64,000 nt of DNA, taken from the IMG/VR virus record IMGVR_UViG_3300032308_002775, positions 64,001-128,000 of that record, one strand, 5' to 3'. The notes beneath the pieces were generated by a model, which was given only the letters and a program-made list of their open reading frames with translations, searched no databases and had not been told where the DNA came from. Within the stretch, counting starts at the first letter, position 1. Every line of letters starts with the position of its first letter. Positions 31,104 to 38,910 of this stretch are shown piece after piece. The position numbers were made by a program, and so were the translations under genes. The stretch is from a virus.

Positions 31104-33005
31104 GTGCCAGGCCCGCGGCGGTTACTACTGATTCACAAGCGGGCGCCTGGAGACACGGCCGTCTTGACGGCCCTGGTCAGGGACATTGCCCTGACCCACC
31201 CCGGGCAGTTTCAGATCGGCGTCGATACGCACGCCGCGGCGCTTTGGGAGAACAACCCCTACATCGTCAGCGCCAAGGAACTCCGCGACCATAAAGGGGT
31301 CGAGCACCTCAAGCTGACCTACGGAAAGGGGCTGCGGGACCAGAATCACGAGACCGTCCACTTTCTTGCCTATTTTCACAGGGACTTTGAGGTCCAGGCT
31401 CGGGTTCGTGTCCCGCTGACCCTGCCCTACCCAGACCTGCACCTGTCGGCCGAGGAGCGCTCCCAGAGGCTCGTAGAGGGCCGCTACTGGGTGTTTCTGT
31501 CCGGGGGCAAGTCGGACTTCACCGCTAAGGTGTGGGGCCAGGCAGCGTGGCAGGAGACGGTCCGGCAGCTGAGCGCCCTGGGTATCCCCTGCGTTCAGAT
31601 CGGCGGTACCGAGAAGGGCCACTGGCACCCCGAGATCCAGGGCGCCCTGAACCTGGTCGGGCGCACCGGGCTGCGGGACTGGCTCCGCCTGATCTACCAC
31701 GCCGACGGGGTCATCTGCGGTGTCACCGGGGCCATGCACCTCGCCGCCGCGCTGCAGCGCCCCTGCGTCGTCCTGGCAGGCGGCCGGGAGGCCTGGTGGT
31801 GGGAGGCCTACGTTCGGGAGAACGCCGGGCTGGGCGGCCTGGAGACGGCGCAGAAGCTTACTGTGCCGCACCGCTACCTTCACACGATCGGGCTTCTGGA
31901 TTGCTGCCAGGCCCACGGCTGCTGGAAGAACAAGGTGCTGCCCCTGAACGGCGACCAGTCAATCTGTAAATACCCCGTCGTCCAGCCTGGCCAAGCAGTT
32001 CCTAAATGCCTGGATATGATTACGCCAGAGCACGTTGTCGAGGCCGTGATGAGCTATTACGAAGACCGCACTCTGCCGCCCATCAAGCCGCTGGCGGAGG
32101 TCACGCGTTACCGCCCCGCGGCGTCAGAGGAGCCCGCCCCAGCGCTGGTGCTGGTTCCGGACGCAAAGTTTGAGCGGGCCGAGGCAGGCGTTCCCAATAC
32201 CGTGATCCCCACCGGCGCTCCGGACAAAGATATCTTTGAGAATCCGGTCATCGGCGGGAAGTTCACTGTCTGCGTCCTGTTCTACGGGCCGAAGCAGTAC
32301 CACCCGCTTCACATGCGCTGCCTGAACTCGATTATCTCGACCTGCCCGCCCAACCGAATCGACCTGCGCGTCGGTTCCAACGAGCTGTGCGAGGAGACAG
32401 CCGCGGTGTTAAACCGGCTCGTCGACCACGGAATCGTCACCAAGCATTATCAGCACGCCGAGAACGCGCTGAAGTACCCGGTGATGCGGGAGATGTTCCA
32501 CGACTCGGAGTGCCCGATCACGACGAATTATCTGCTCTGGTTTGATGACGACTCGATCGCCGACAGAAACCAGCAGTGGCTCACGCTGCTGACGCAGACA
32601 ATCCTGGCCAACCCAACGGCCGGGCTGTTCGGCGCCGACATGACGATCCGCCTTGCGCCCAGTCAGCAGCAGCTCTACCGCACGCGGCCGTGGTTCAAGG
32701 GTCGACCTTTTCGTATGAAGAACAAGCGCCCGGCGCCAAACGGAGACAACACCGTGTTCGTGGCGGGCGGGTTCTTCTGCCTGAAGACCGAAGCGATGCG
32801 TGCCGCCGACGTGCCCGACGCGGCGCTTACGCACAACGGCGGCGACTATACAATCGGCGAACAGCTCTATCAGGCCGGTTATGAGGTCGTCGGATGGAAT
32901 CGACAGAAGCAGTTCATTCACACCTCGAGCGTCCCGCGGCGTGGCGAGAGCCAGCCGCATTTCGGCACGGAAAGGTGGCAGTCCACAACCGGAGACCGGC
33001 GATGA
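31104..33005 (+). CDS. Bifunctional glycosyltransferase: GT9 (heptosyltransferase-like) fused to GT2
   Basis: GT9 part: PGDTAVLTALVRDI, AKVW, NLVGRTGLRDWLRLIYHADGVICGVTGAMHLAAAL. GT-A part: TVCVLFYG, YLLWFDDDS, FVAGGFFCL. Confidence 0.85.
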   Translation: MPGPRRLLLIHKRAPGDTAVLTALVRDIALTHPGQFQIGVDTHAAALWENNPYIVSAKELRDHKGVEHLKLTYGKGLRDQNHETVHFLAYFHRDFEVQARVRVPLTLPYPDLHLSAEERSQRLVEGRYWVFLSGGKSDFTAKVWGQAAWQETVRQLSALGIPCVQIGGTEKGHWHPEIQGALNLVGRTGLRDWLRLIYHADGVICGVTGAMHLAAALQRPCVVLAGGREAWWWEAYVRENAGLGGLETAQKLTVPHRYLHTIGLLDCCQAHGCWKNKVLPLNGDQSICKYPVVQPGQAVPKCLDMITPEHVVEAVMSYYEDRTLPPIKPLAEVTRYRPAASEEPAPALVLVPDAKFERAEAGVPNTVIPTGAPDKDIFENPVIGGKFTVCVLFYGPKQYHPLHMRCLNSIISTCPPNRIDLRVGSNELCEETAAVLNRLVDHGIVTKHYQHAENALKYPVMREMFHDSECPITTNYLLWFDDDSIADRNQQWLTLLTQTILANPTAGLFGADMTIRLAPSQQQLYRTRPWFKGRPFRMKNKRPAPNGDNTVFVAGGFFCLKTEAMRAADVPDAALTHNGGDYTIGEQLYQAGYEVVGWNRQKQFIHTSSVPRRGESQPHFGTERWQSTTGDRR

Positions 33006-33358
33006 GCGTGGCAGTTCTTACGCGCGACGACTTTGCCAAGCTGCTGTTTAGCGTCGACTTTTTTCGAGCCAACCCGGCGTTCGCACCCGTCGAAGAACAG
33101 ATCGCAGCCTGCAAAACCGCCTATCTGGAAAGCGCCGCAAAAAGCACCTGTCGCTGCGGCGGAAAGCCGGGCCTGCTGTTCGATTGTCTTGACGCTACGC
33201 TCGCCCTGATGGAGACGTTGCGCAGCGCCAACCCGGAAGCGCTCCAGGCGCTGATTGCGTACGTGCGCGACCAGCGAAACGACCCGAGAATCAAGTCGAT
33301 TACGCTATACTATCGCAAGACGGCAGACATTCCGTTGTTGAAGGTCAAATATCCATGA
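33002..33358 (+). CDS. Hypothetical protein (CRC motif)
   Basis: ATG overlaps the GT stop (ATGA), SD GGAG. 118 aa. Confidence 0.6.
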   Translation: MSVAVLTRDDFAKLLFSVDFFRANPAFAPVEEQIAACKTAYLESAAKSTCRCGGKPGLLFDCLDATLALMETLRSANPEALQALIAYVRDQRNDPRIKSITLYYRKTADIPLLKVKYP

Positions 33359-33651
33359 CGCCCGATCCCGCGCACTCCAAGTTGCTGTTTGGCAATAAGC
33401 ACCGCGCGGTGGCTGACGGCGAGGCCGCGATCGCCGTAAAGGTCCGGCTTCTGGATGCGCTCATGCGGCCTGTACCAGGTCGACTTGTCGAGCTCATGGC
33501 CGACCGAAGCGGCGTAGAGATTGAGCAACCGGGTCCGACCGACGTGCGTGGCCGTTCCATGGGTTTCGTCCGCGCCACGACGGCAGGCCCGGTAAATATC
33601 AGCGGCGTCGTGCTGCCTTTGGAAGAAACAGGCTCGTCCGAGCCGCTTTGA
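33355..33651 (+). CDS. Stand-alone bacterial Ig-like (Big_1/invasin-type) domain protein
   Basis: AVADGEAAIAVKVRLLD...PVPGRLVE...TDVRG...VRATTAGPVNISG. Confidence 0.65.
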   Translation: MTPDPAHSKLLFGNKHRAVADGEAAIAVKVRLLDALMRPVPGRLVELMADRSGVEIEQPGPTDVRGRSMGFVRATTAGPVNISGVVLPLEETGSSEPL

Positions 33652-33672
33652 TTTCACATGAATGCGTGAATT
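33651..33672. promoter_or_regulatory. TTTCAC-N8-GTGAAA inverted repeat, copy 2
   Basis: ATTTCAC-ATGAATGC-GTGAATT, just 5' of SD AGGAGG. Confidence 0.5.
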
Positions 33673-33686
33673 GCCAGGAGGGCAGC

Positions 33687-34226
33687 ATGAGCGACTGTAA
33701 CGTTTCTTCATCGTTTGGGGGCGCCATCGAGCTGAACGAGACGCTCGGAATCAATTTCTATGAGCCCGACGCGCCCGTGACGTTGCCGCCCGATTCTGGG
33801 CGCCGGATTCAGCTCAGCTGGGCCGTCAGCCGGTACAACTACCACAGCACAGACGGCGTCCGCGTGCGCATCGAGGCAGCCAACGCCGAGCTGATGCCTG
33901 AGAAAATCTTCGCCTACCTGCTGCTCCCGATGAAGCCCGCGGCCGGTGAGCGCGAGGGCGCCTTCTCGCACGTGTGCTCTCCGACCGACCTGGCGGAGTT
34001 CCCTGAAGACGACCCGGTTCCCGGCGTGCGGCCCGAGTGGTTCCGCCTGAACTACGTCGACGTCCAACTGCGCAGCCGGTCTGAGGCCAAGCAGTTCATT
34101 CAGGATGTAATTGACGACGTTCAACGACTCAAGAGCACCCTCGATACAATGGACACGCTACAGTCCGGCGGCACGATCTGGGTGGGCAGCCCGCCGTCTG
34201 ATTCTTCCTCTTCTGAGGCCCTGTGA
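33687..34226 (+). CDS. Hypothetical virion-associated protein
   Basis: SD AGGAGG before ATG 33687. Ser-rich termini. Confidence 0.6.
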   Translation: MSDCNVSSSFGGAIELNETLGINFYEPDAPVTLPPDSGRRIQLSWAVSRYNYHSTDGVRVRIEAANAELMPEKIFAYLLLPMKPAAGEREGAFSHVCSPTDLAEFPEDDPVPGVRPEWFRLNYVDVQLRSRSEAKQFIQDVIDDVQRLKSTLDTMDTLQSGGTIWVGSPPSDSSSSEAL

Positions 34227-34528
34227 TGAAAGATCTCGTGGTAATCGAAGACAGCACGATTCTCTCTATGCTGCAGGACGCGCGGTACACAGATACGATT
34301 CCGTGCCTGTTCAATAAAGCAGAGATCTTTCGCGCGGGTCCCGGCTCGTGCGGCGCCTGCGCGCGCAAAAGAAAAGAGAAGCAGCGCGCCGAAATGGCCA
34401 AGATCAAAACCTGCCTCGCTGCGTTGAGCGCTGAAAAAAAAGCGGCGTTCAAGCAGCTTGTCGGCGCAAAGAAAATCCGCGTCACGTATGTGAACGCTAC
34501 AGGCAGCGTTGTGCAGCTGACGTTCTAA
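34223..34528 (+). CDS. Small basic protein with CGAC motif
   Basis: 101 aa, last gene of the structural operon. Confidence 0.6.
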   Translation: MMKDLVVIEDSTILSMLQDARYTDTIPCLFNKAEIFRAGPGSCGACARKRKEKQRAEMAKIKTCLAALSAEKKAAFKQLVGAKKIRVTYVNATGSVVQLTF

Positions 34529-34533
34529 ATTTC

Positions 34534-34607
34534 GGCAGAAATCCTGGCATATAAGGTGTACCACCCGCATTGGTTTTGGTGGTACGTCCTTACCAGGAGT
34601 TTCTGCC
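34534..34607 (+). promoter_or_regulatory. RBS-sequestering long hairpin with internal -10-like element
   Basis: Four nested stems (GGCAGAAA/TTTCTGCC, TCCTGG/CCAGGA, TAAGG/CCTTA, GTACCACC/GGTGGTAC) ending right at ATG 34608. Confidence 0.75.
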
Positions 34608-34979
34608 ATGGCGATTGCCAACTGGACCGAGCTGGAGACGATTGAGGGGATCATCACGGGCCGGATCACGCCCGAGACCCTTCCGTTCGCGGCCCTCGAC
34701 GCCGACAAGCAGGCGGAGATCATCGACGAGATCGATGCCGTCTGCGATGATGTGGCGTCCGGGGTCCTCGAGGCCTACCCGGACCTCGACGATCCGGCGC
34801 AGCGGCTGGACCGGCTCCGGATGTACCGGGCCGAGGTGGTGCGGCGCCAGGACGGCGCGAAGCGCGAGGCCTACGGGGCCTACTTCGACGTCCTGCACGG
34901 CGTCTGCCTCCGCAACGCCGCCGGGCCGCGGACCTACGTGGCCGACGAGAGCGGCTGTCTCGAGCTGATCGTGGCCTAA
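34608..34979 (+). CDS. Hypothetical acidic protein
   Basis: SD AGGAG, very high GC3, flanked by two RNA structures. Confidence 0.7.
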   Translation: MAIANWTELETIEGIITGRITPETLPFAALDADKQAEIIDEIDAVCDDVASGVLEAYPDLDDPAQRLDRLRMYRAEVVRRQDGAKREAYGAYFDVLHGVCLRNAAGPRTYVADESGCLELIVA

Positions 34980-35013
34980 TCGCCACGGCAGACACTTCTG
35001 AACCTCGTTCGTT

Positions 35014-35090
35014 GCGCGGCTGTGTAGCCGGGCACGAGCATATCTTCGGATATGTTCGTGTTCCGGTTACACAGCCCGCACGTTATTTAT
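35014..35090 (+). terminator. About 30-bp hairpin with C(UUCG)G loop (terminator, processing site or ncRNA)
   Basis: Arms 35014-35044 and 35049-35079 pair with several G-U pairs and are followed by TTATTTAT. Confidence 0.65.
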
Positions 35091-35124
35091 CAGCTTCCAC
35101 TTTTTCCTTTGCTATCAGAGCTTC

Positions 35125-35649
35125 ATGAAGAAACACACGCTCCCCAAGAAGCCGCCTACCAAGCGCCCGCCTTTCGTGATGAAAGAGCCCAACGACAACC
35201 TTGAGGCGTACGGCTGGTCGCTGCAGTGGCTGCGCTACCAGGCGGCTGACGACCCGCAGATCGCCGGTCGCCCGGTGTTTCAGCTGGCCACGGACCTCAA
35301 GACGATCAAGCGTTACGGCGTCGACTTGTCCTTCATCGACCCGAAGTACATCCAGTACATGCTCGACCAGCGCCCTGAGATCAAGAAGGGCGCAGAAAAA
35401 GTCAGGGCCGCGGGTTACACACCCGAGGCCCTGGAGAAGTTCAAGAACATCGTGGTCAAAACGTTTGAAGAACACGTGCTGGTCGACATCGCCCAGAAGT
35501 TCTTCAAGGTCTCCCCGCTCGTCGCCCAGTTCTACGCCGCCAAGCTCGCTTACGAAGATACGTTTGGCGGCGGAGAAGAAGAGGACAACGACGAGGAGCC
35601 GACCGAGCCGCCTCAGATCGAGGCCAAGACCACGAAGTCCCGGCGGTAG
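35125..35649 (+). CDS. Hypothetical protein
   Basis: 174 aa, phage-like codon use, acidic/basic C-terminal tail. Confidence 0.6.
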   Translation: MKKHTLPKKPPTKRPPFVMKEPNDNLEAYGWSLQWLRYQAADDPQIAGRPVFQLATDLKTIKRYGVDLSFIDPKYIQYMLDQRPEIKKGAEKVRAAGYTPEALEKFKNIVVKTFEEHVLVDIAQKFFKVSPLVAQFYAAKLAYEDTFGGGEEEDNDEEPTEPPQIEAKTTKSRR

Positions 35650-35891
35650 CCAACGACCGGCCCGCGCTTGCCCAGGAGAAGCTGGTCGTCGGTATTGCCC
35701 TCGGCGTCGACCGGATACGGACCGCTGGCGTTCGAAACGCCCGGGCGATTCAGCCCAGCCTCGGCCGCCTTTTGCAGTACCATGTTCGAGGTGCTGGCCG
35801 CGAGCAGCTCTTCGATGCTCTTGCTGGTGACCACATAGTCGGCCCGGCCGTTCGTGACCTTCGACAAATCATCGAGAATGGAAACACTCAT
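35613..35891 (-). CDS. Small hypothetical protein (minus strand)
   Basis: MSVSILDDLSKV..., SD GGAGG 5 nt before the ATG on the minus strand. Fills the gap between plus-strand genes. Confidence 0.65.
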   Translation of the reverse strand: MSVSILDDLSKVTNGRADYVVTSKSIEELLAASTSNMVLQKAAEAGLNRPGVSNASGPYPVDAEGNTDDQLLLGKRGPVVGYRRDFVVLASI

Positions 35892-36366
35892 GGAAACCTC
35901 CGAAAACCAGGAATTAACCGTAACGCTGGCCAGTCTAGCGCCGATTCTCAAGCTCGACAAGTTGCAACTGCGCTCGGCGGCCCGCGTTTACAACTACACC
36001 GACGAAAGCGCTGCGCTGCCCAGATTCGTCACCCTGCGGCTGCTTCTGACCGACCTGCTGGAGCGGCTGGCGTTCTTGAAACCCAGCCAGCGCCAGGCGA
36101 TTCTGGAACGATACGACCAGGACGTCGACGATAACCGGGACCAGTGGGAAACCCTGGCTTTCGCCGACGGAAACTGGTGTACCTGGACGGGCCACTACGG
36201 CTGGTTGGATCTGACCAGCGGCGACGTCGTGGCGACGCTGCCCGCCGCTCCGGTTGAGACCATTGGGTACAATCTGGTGACGCTCCATCACCGAGCGATG
36301 GCGCAGCTCAGGAAAAGGATTTCCGATGGCGAAAAACATTCTGCAGGAAGCATGGACGAGCCGTGA
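35890..36366 (+). CDS. Hypothetical protein
   Basis: METSENQELT..., ATG overlapping the minus-strand start. An upstream ATG at 35878 is also possible. Confidence 0.55.
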   Translation: METSENQELTVTLASLAPILKLDKLQLRSAARVYNYTDESAALPRFVTLRLLLTDLLERLAFLKPSQRQAILERYDQDVDDNRDQWETLAFADGNWCTWTGHYGWLDLTSGDVVATLPAAPVETIGYNLVTLHHRAMAQLRKRISDGEKHSAGSMDEP

Positions 36367-37000
36367 AACGTTCGCGACAGTCCTGCTAACACTCTTCCTG
36401 GACCGGTTCGGCGTGGAGGCTCTTGAGTGGGACCCCTCGACGATCGCCCTGGAAATCGAGGAAGAGTTTGATGTCGACCTGCCCCGGCTGAACTTCGACA
36501 AGCTCATGGTGGCTATCCAGATCCTGACCACGGATCGGTTCCACAAAAGCCTGCCGGACTTCATCGAGTTCTGTAACGTCTTGTGCGGCGACATCTACGA
36601 CCCCCACACGTTCGACCCGGCCGACGCCGAGGAGGTCGCCTGGGGGATCACCGAGAGCATGCTCATTGCGCCGCCGGATGACGAGGACAACGAGCCGTTC
36701 ACTGACGAGATCCGCGCCTACATCGGCATGGTGCTCGACCAGGAAGGGATCATGAACGCTCCCGACGTTCTGCGGATCGCGCTGCGCAAGGCGCACGTCT
36801 CCCAGTCCGTCGAAGATTTCTCGGACGACCCGGAAATGTTCAGCGCCATCTACGACGTCGAGGCGGCCAAGACCGCCGAGATCAATCAAACCATTGTCAC
36901 GAAGACGCAAATTCTAGCTGCGCAATTGACTGCGCTGCAGCTGAAGAACGGTAACACGCAAGCAGTAGCCAAAATGCTGCACGACTCTGTGCAGCGTTAG
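36326..37000 (+). CDS. Hypothetical acidic protein
   Basis: SD AAGGA, 224 aa, strong codon bias. Confidence 0.7.
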   Translation: MAKNILQEAWTSRETFATVLLTLFLDRFGVEALEWDPSTIALEIEEEFDVDLPRLNFDKLMVAIQILTTDRFHKSLPDFIEFCNVLCGDIYDPHTFDPADAEEVAWGITESMLIAPPDDEDNEPFTDEIRAYIGMVLDQEGIMNAPDVLRIALRKAHVSQSVEDFSDDPEMFSAIYDVEAAKTAEINQTIVTKTQILAAQLTALQLKNGNTQAVAKMLHDSVQR

Positions 37001-37015
37001 GCAGAAGGGAACCCA

Positions 37016-37219
37016 ATGCTCGTCCTTTCTCGAAAGAGAAACGAGAAAATACTCGTCGGTCACGACATAAGAATTACGGTCGTCGAAATATTGCCCGACC
37101 GCGTCCGCCTGGGAATCGAGGCGCCAGAGCAGGTGAGCGTGGTGCGCGCCGAACTGGCCAAGAACTGGCGCGGCCGTAAGAAGGCCGGAGAAAATGGGGT
37201 GGAACGACCGTCTGCCTGA
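37016..37219 (+). CDS. csrA: Carbon storage regulator CsrA homolog
   Basis: MLVLSRKRNEKILVGHDIRITVVEILPDRVRLGIEAPEQVSVVRAEL, a canonical CsrA signature. Confidence 0.95.
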   Translation: MLVLSRKRNEKILVGHDIRITVVEILPDRVRLGIEAPEQVSVVRAELAKNWRGRKKAGENGVERPSA

Positions 37220-37505
37220 TTGCGACGCAGGCTTACCATCCGAAGACGAACGCCAGGCTTATTTCGACTGGCAAGAATATCAGCACTATTGCGCGATGCT
37301 CGACGCGGAAATCGAGCAGCAGTCTGCGCCGCCCACTCCAGAACGGATGGGCATCTCTTCGCAGACCATCGATCCCGACAGCTTCGGGGGCCTGTCCAAA
37401 GATATCTTTCCCGACCGGCCCCTTGCACCAAAGGAGTTTGCCAATGCCCCAGGTCAAATCCAAGACCAAGTCAAAGACAAAGACGATCAAAACCCAGAAG
37501 GATAA
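37194..37505 (+). CDS. Hypothetical protein
   Basis: SD GGAG, overlaps the csrA 3' end. Confidence 0.45.
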   Translation: MGWNDRLPDCDAGLPSEDERQAYFDWQEYQHYCAMLDAEIEQQSAPPTPERMGISSQTIDPDSFGGLSKDIFPDRPLAPKEFANAPGQIQDQVKDKDDQNPEG

Positions 37506-37794
37506 GATCGTCGCGCACATCTCGCCGGAGACGCTGTTCAAGGACGGCGGCCTGTTTGACGCCGTGGCGCTTCTGTGCTCCATCTTCAACCGCAAGCCTC
37601 GCCGCCCGTGCGTGCGCCAGGCCACGATCTATGGCGTCAAGCAGATCGCGACCATGCTGCTCGCGCAGGACAAGGACGTACCGGAGGCGCTGCGGCTGCT
37701 GGACAAGGACGCGCTGGCGTCTGGCGACGGCCGATCAACCGTTAGCGAGTTCGTACAGGCGCTCGAGCGGAAGAAGACTGTCGGCCGCCGCTGA
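37444..37794 (+). CDS. Hypothetical protein, Lys-rich N-terminus
   Basis: SD AAGGAG before ATG 37444 (MPQVKSKTK...). Confidence 0.65.
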   Translation: MPQVKSKTKSKTKTIKTQKDKIVAHISPETLFKDGGLFDAVALLCSIFNRKPRRPCVRQATIYGVKQIATMLLAQDKDVPEALRLLDKDALASGDGRSTVSEFVQALERKKTVGRR

Positions 37795-38910
37795 CTTCAC
37801 GGCGGGCTCCAGCCCCTTCTCGGCCGCCAGACGGTCGAGCGTCGAGGCCATGCCGCGGTCCAGGGTGGGCACGATCGCCGCGAGCTTGTCGCGGTCGAGG
37901 TACACGCCACCGGCCGTGACGGCATCGGCGAACTCGTCGCCCAGCCAGGCGCGAACGTCGTCCTCGGCGAGCTTCTCAAGATCCTCGAGGTTGTAGACGT
38001 TGCCCGTGGTCGTCTCGACGTGAGCCTTCATGAAGTCCGCGGCCACCTTCTCGGTGATCGCAAACAGAACCTCTTCAGCCCGGGGCAGGCCGCCAGCGTC
38101 GTAGAGCCGGTCCAAGTGGTTCGCCCGGTCGAACTCATCGACCGCGGAGGCCAGCTTGAGCCGCGTCTCGTGCGTCCGGGCCTGCTCCGGGTTGCGGTCG
38201 ACGACCTCGGCCAGCTTCAACATGCTGCCCGCCGACTCGGGGCTGTGGCGCATGACGAGCGCCGCCCGGTTGCGCAGCATATCGCTGGCAACCTTGGCCG
38301 CGCAGGCGCCTTGCCCGGCTGCCAGCTCCAGGGTGTCCTCGGCCTCGCTCGTGTCGGCGCCGTACTCGGCCGCCTTCTCGAGGATCTTCGTAGCGATCGT
38401 GTGCCGGTCCTCAAAGGTGAACTGGTCGCGATGCGCCTTGAAATGGGCGGCTGCGAACTTCACCTCGGTGGCGTTGCGCAGCGGCCAGTGCCGGTCCTTG
38501 TTACCGGCCTCGTCGGCCCAAACGATGGCGAACTCGCTGTCAGGGAGGCTGGCCAGGTCGGTCTTGGTCGACGAGGCCACCTTGCCGCGGAGTTCCTTCA
38601 CGAGGCCGGTAATGCCAAAATAACTGGCAGCGGCGTCGATCCGCTCCTCAATCTGGGCGGCGTTGTCCGACTTAAACGAGGCGCGCTTGTCCCCGAAGAA
38701 AAGGGCGGACATCCACGTTGCGGGCGCGGAGTGGCACGGATAGAGTTTGTTGAGCGGATCAGCGTAAAGATGGCGCTGGAGGTTTTCACCCCCCAGCAGC
38801 CGCTCCTGGCTGGCAGCCTTGACGAAGTCGGGCGCCGGGAACAACGCGGTCAGCCGATGGGCTTCGCGACCACTGATGTCTTGCGTCTGATCGAGCGGAA
38901 TGTTTGCCAT
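37735..38910 (-). CDS. Probable head/internal virion protein with two DUF6582-like motifs and KxA repeats
   Basis: LYADPLNKLYPCHS and LPDSEFAIV...RHWPLRNATEVKFAAAHF resemble the 'LPDS.FA.P..R.YP' motif. Twelve KxA[SAE] sites. Confidence 0.55.
   Translation of the reverse strand: MANIPLDQTQDISGREAHRLTALFPAPDFVKAASQERLLGGENLQRHLYADPLNKLYPCHSAPATWMSALFFGDKRASFKSDNAAQIEERIDAAASYFGITGLVKELRGKVASSTKTDLASLPDSEFAIVWADEAGNKDRHWPLRNATEVKFAAAHFKAHRDQFTFEDRHTIATKILEKAAEYGADTSEAEDTLELAAGQGACAAKVASDMLRNRAALVMRHSPESAGSMLKLAEVVDRNPEQARTHETRLKLASAVDEFDRANHLDRLYDAGGLPRAEEVLFAITEKVAADFMKAHVETTTGNVYNLEDLEKLAEDDVRAWLGDEFADAVTAGGVYLDRDKLAAIVPTLDRGMASTLDRLAAEKGLEPAVKSAAADSLLPLERLYELANG

Noticed and set aside
34980-35124. 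tRNA gene in the structured intergenic region
   Set aside because: It forms a single long hairpin, with no cloverleaf or T-loop consensus.
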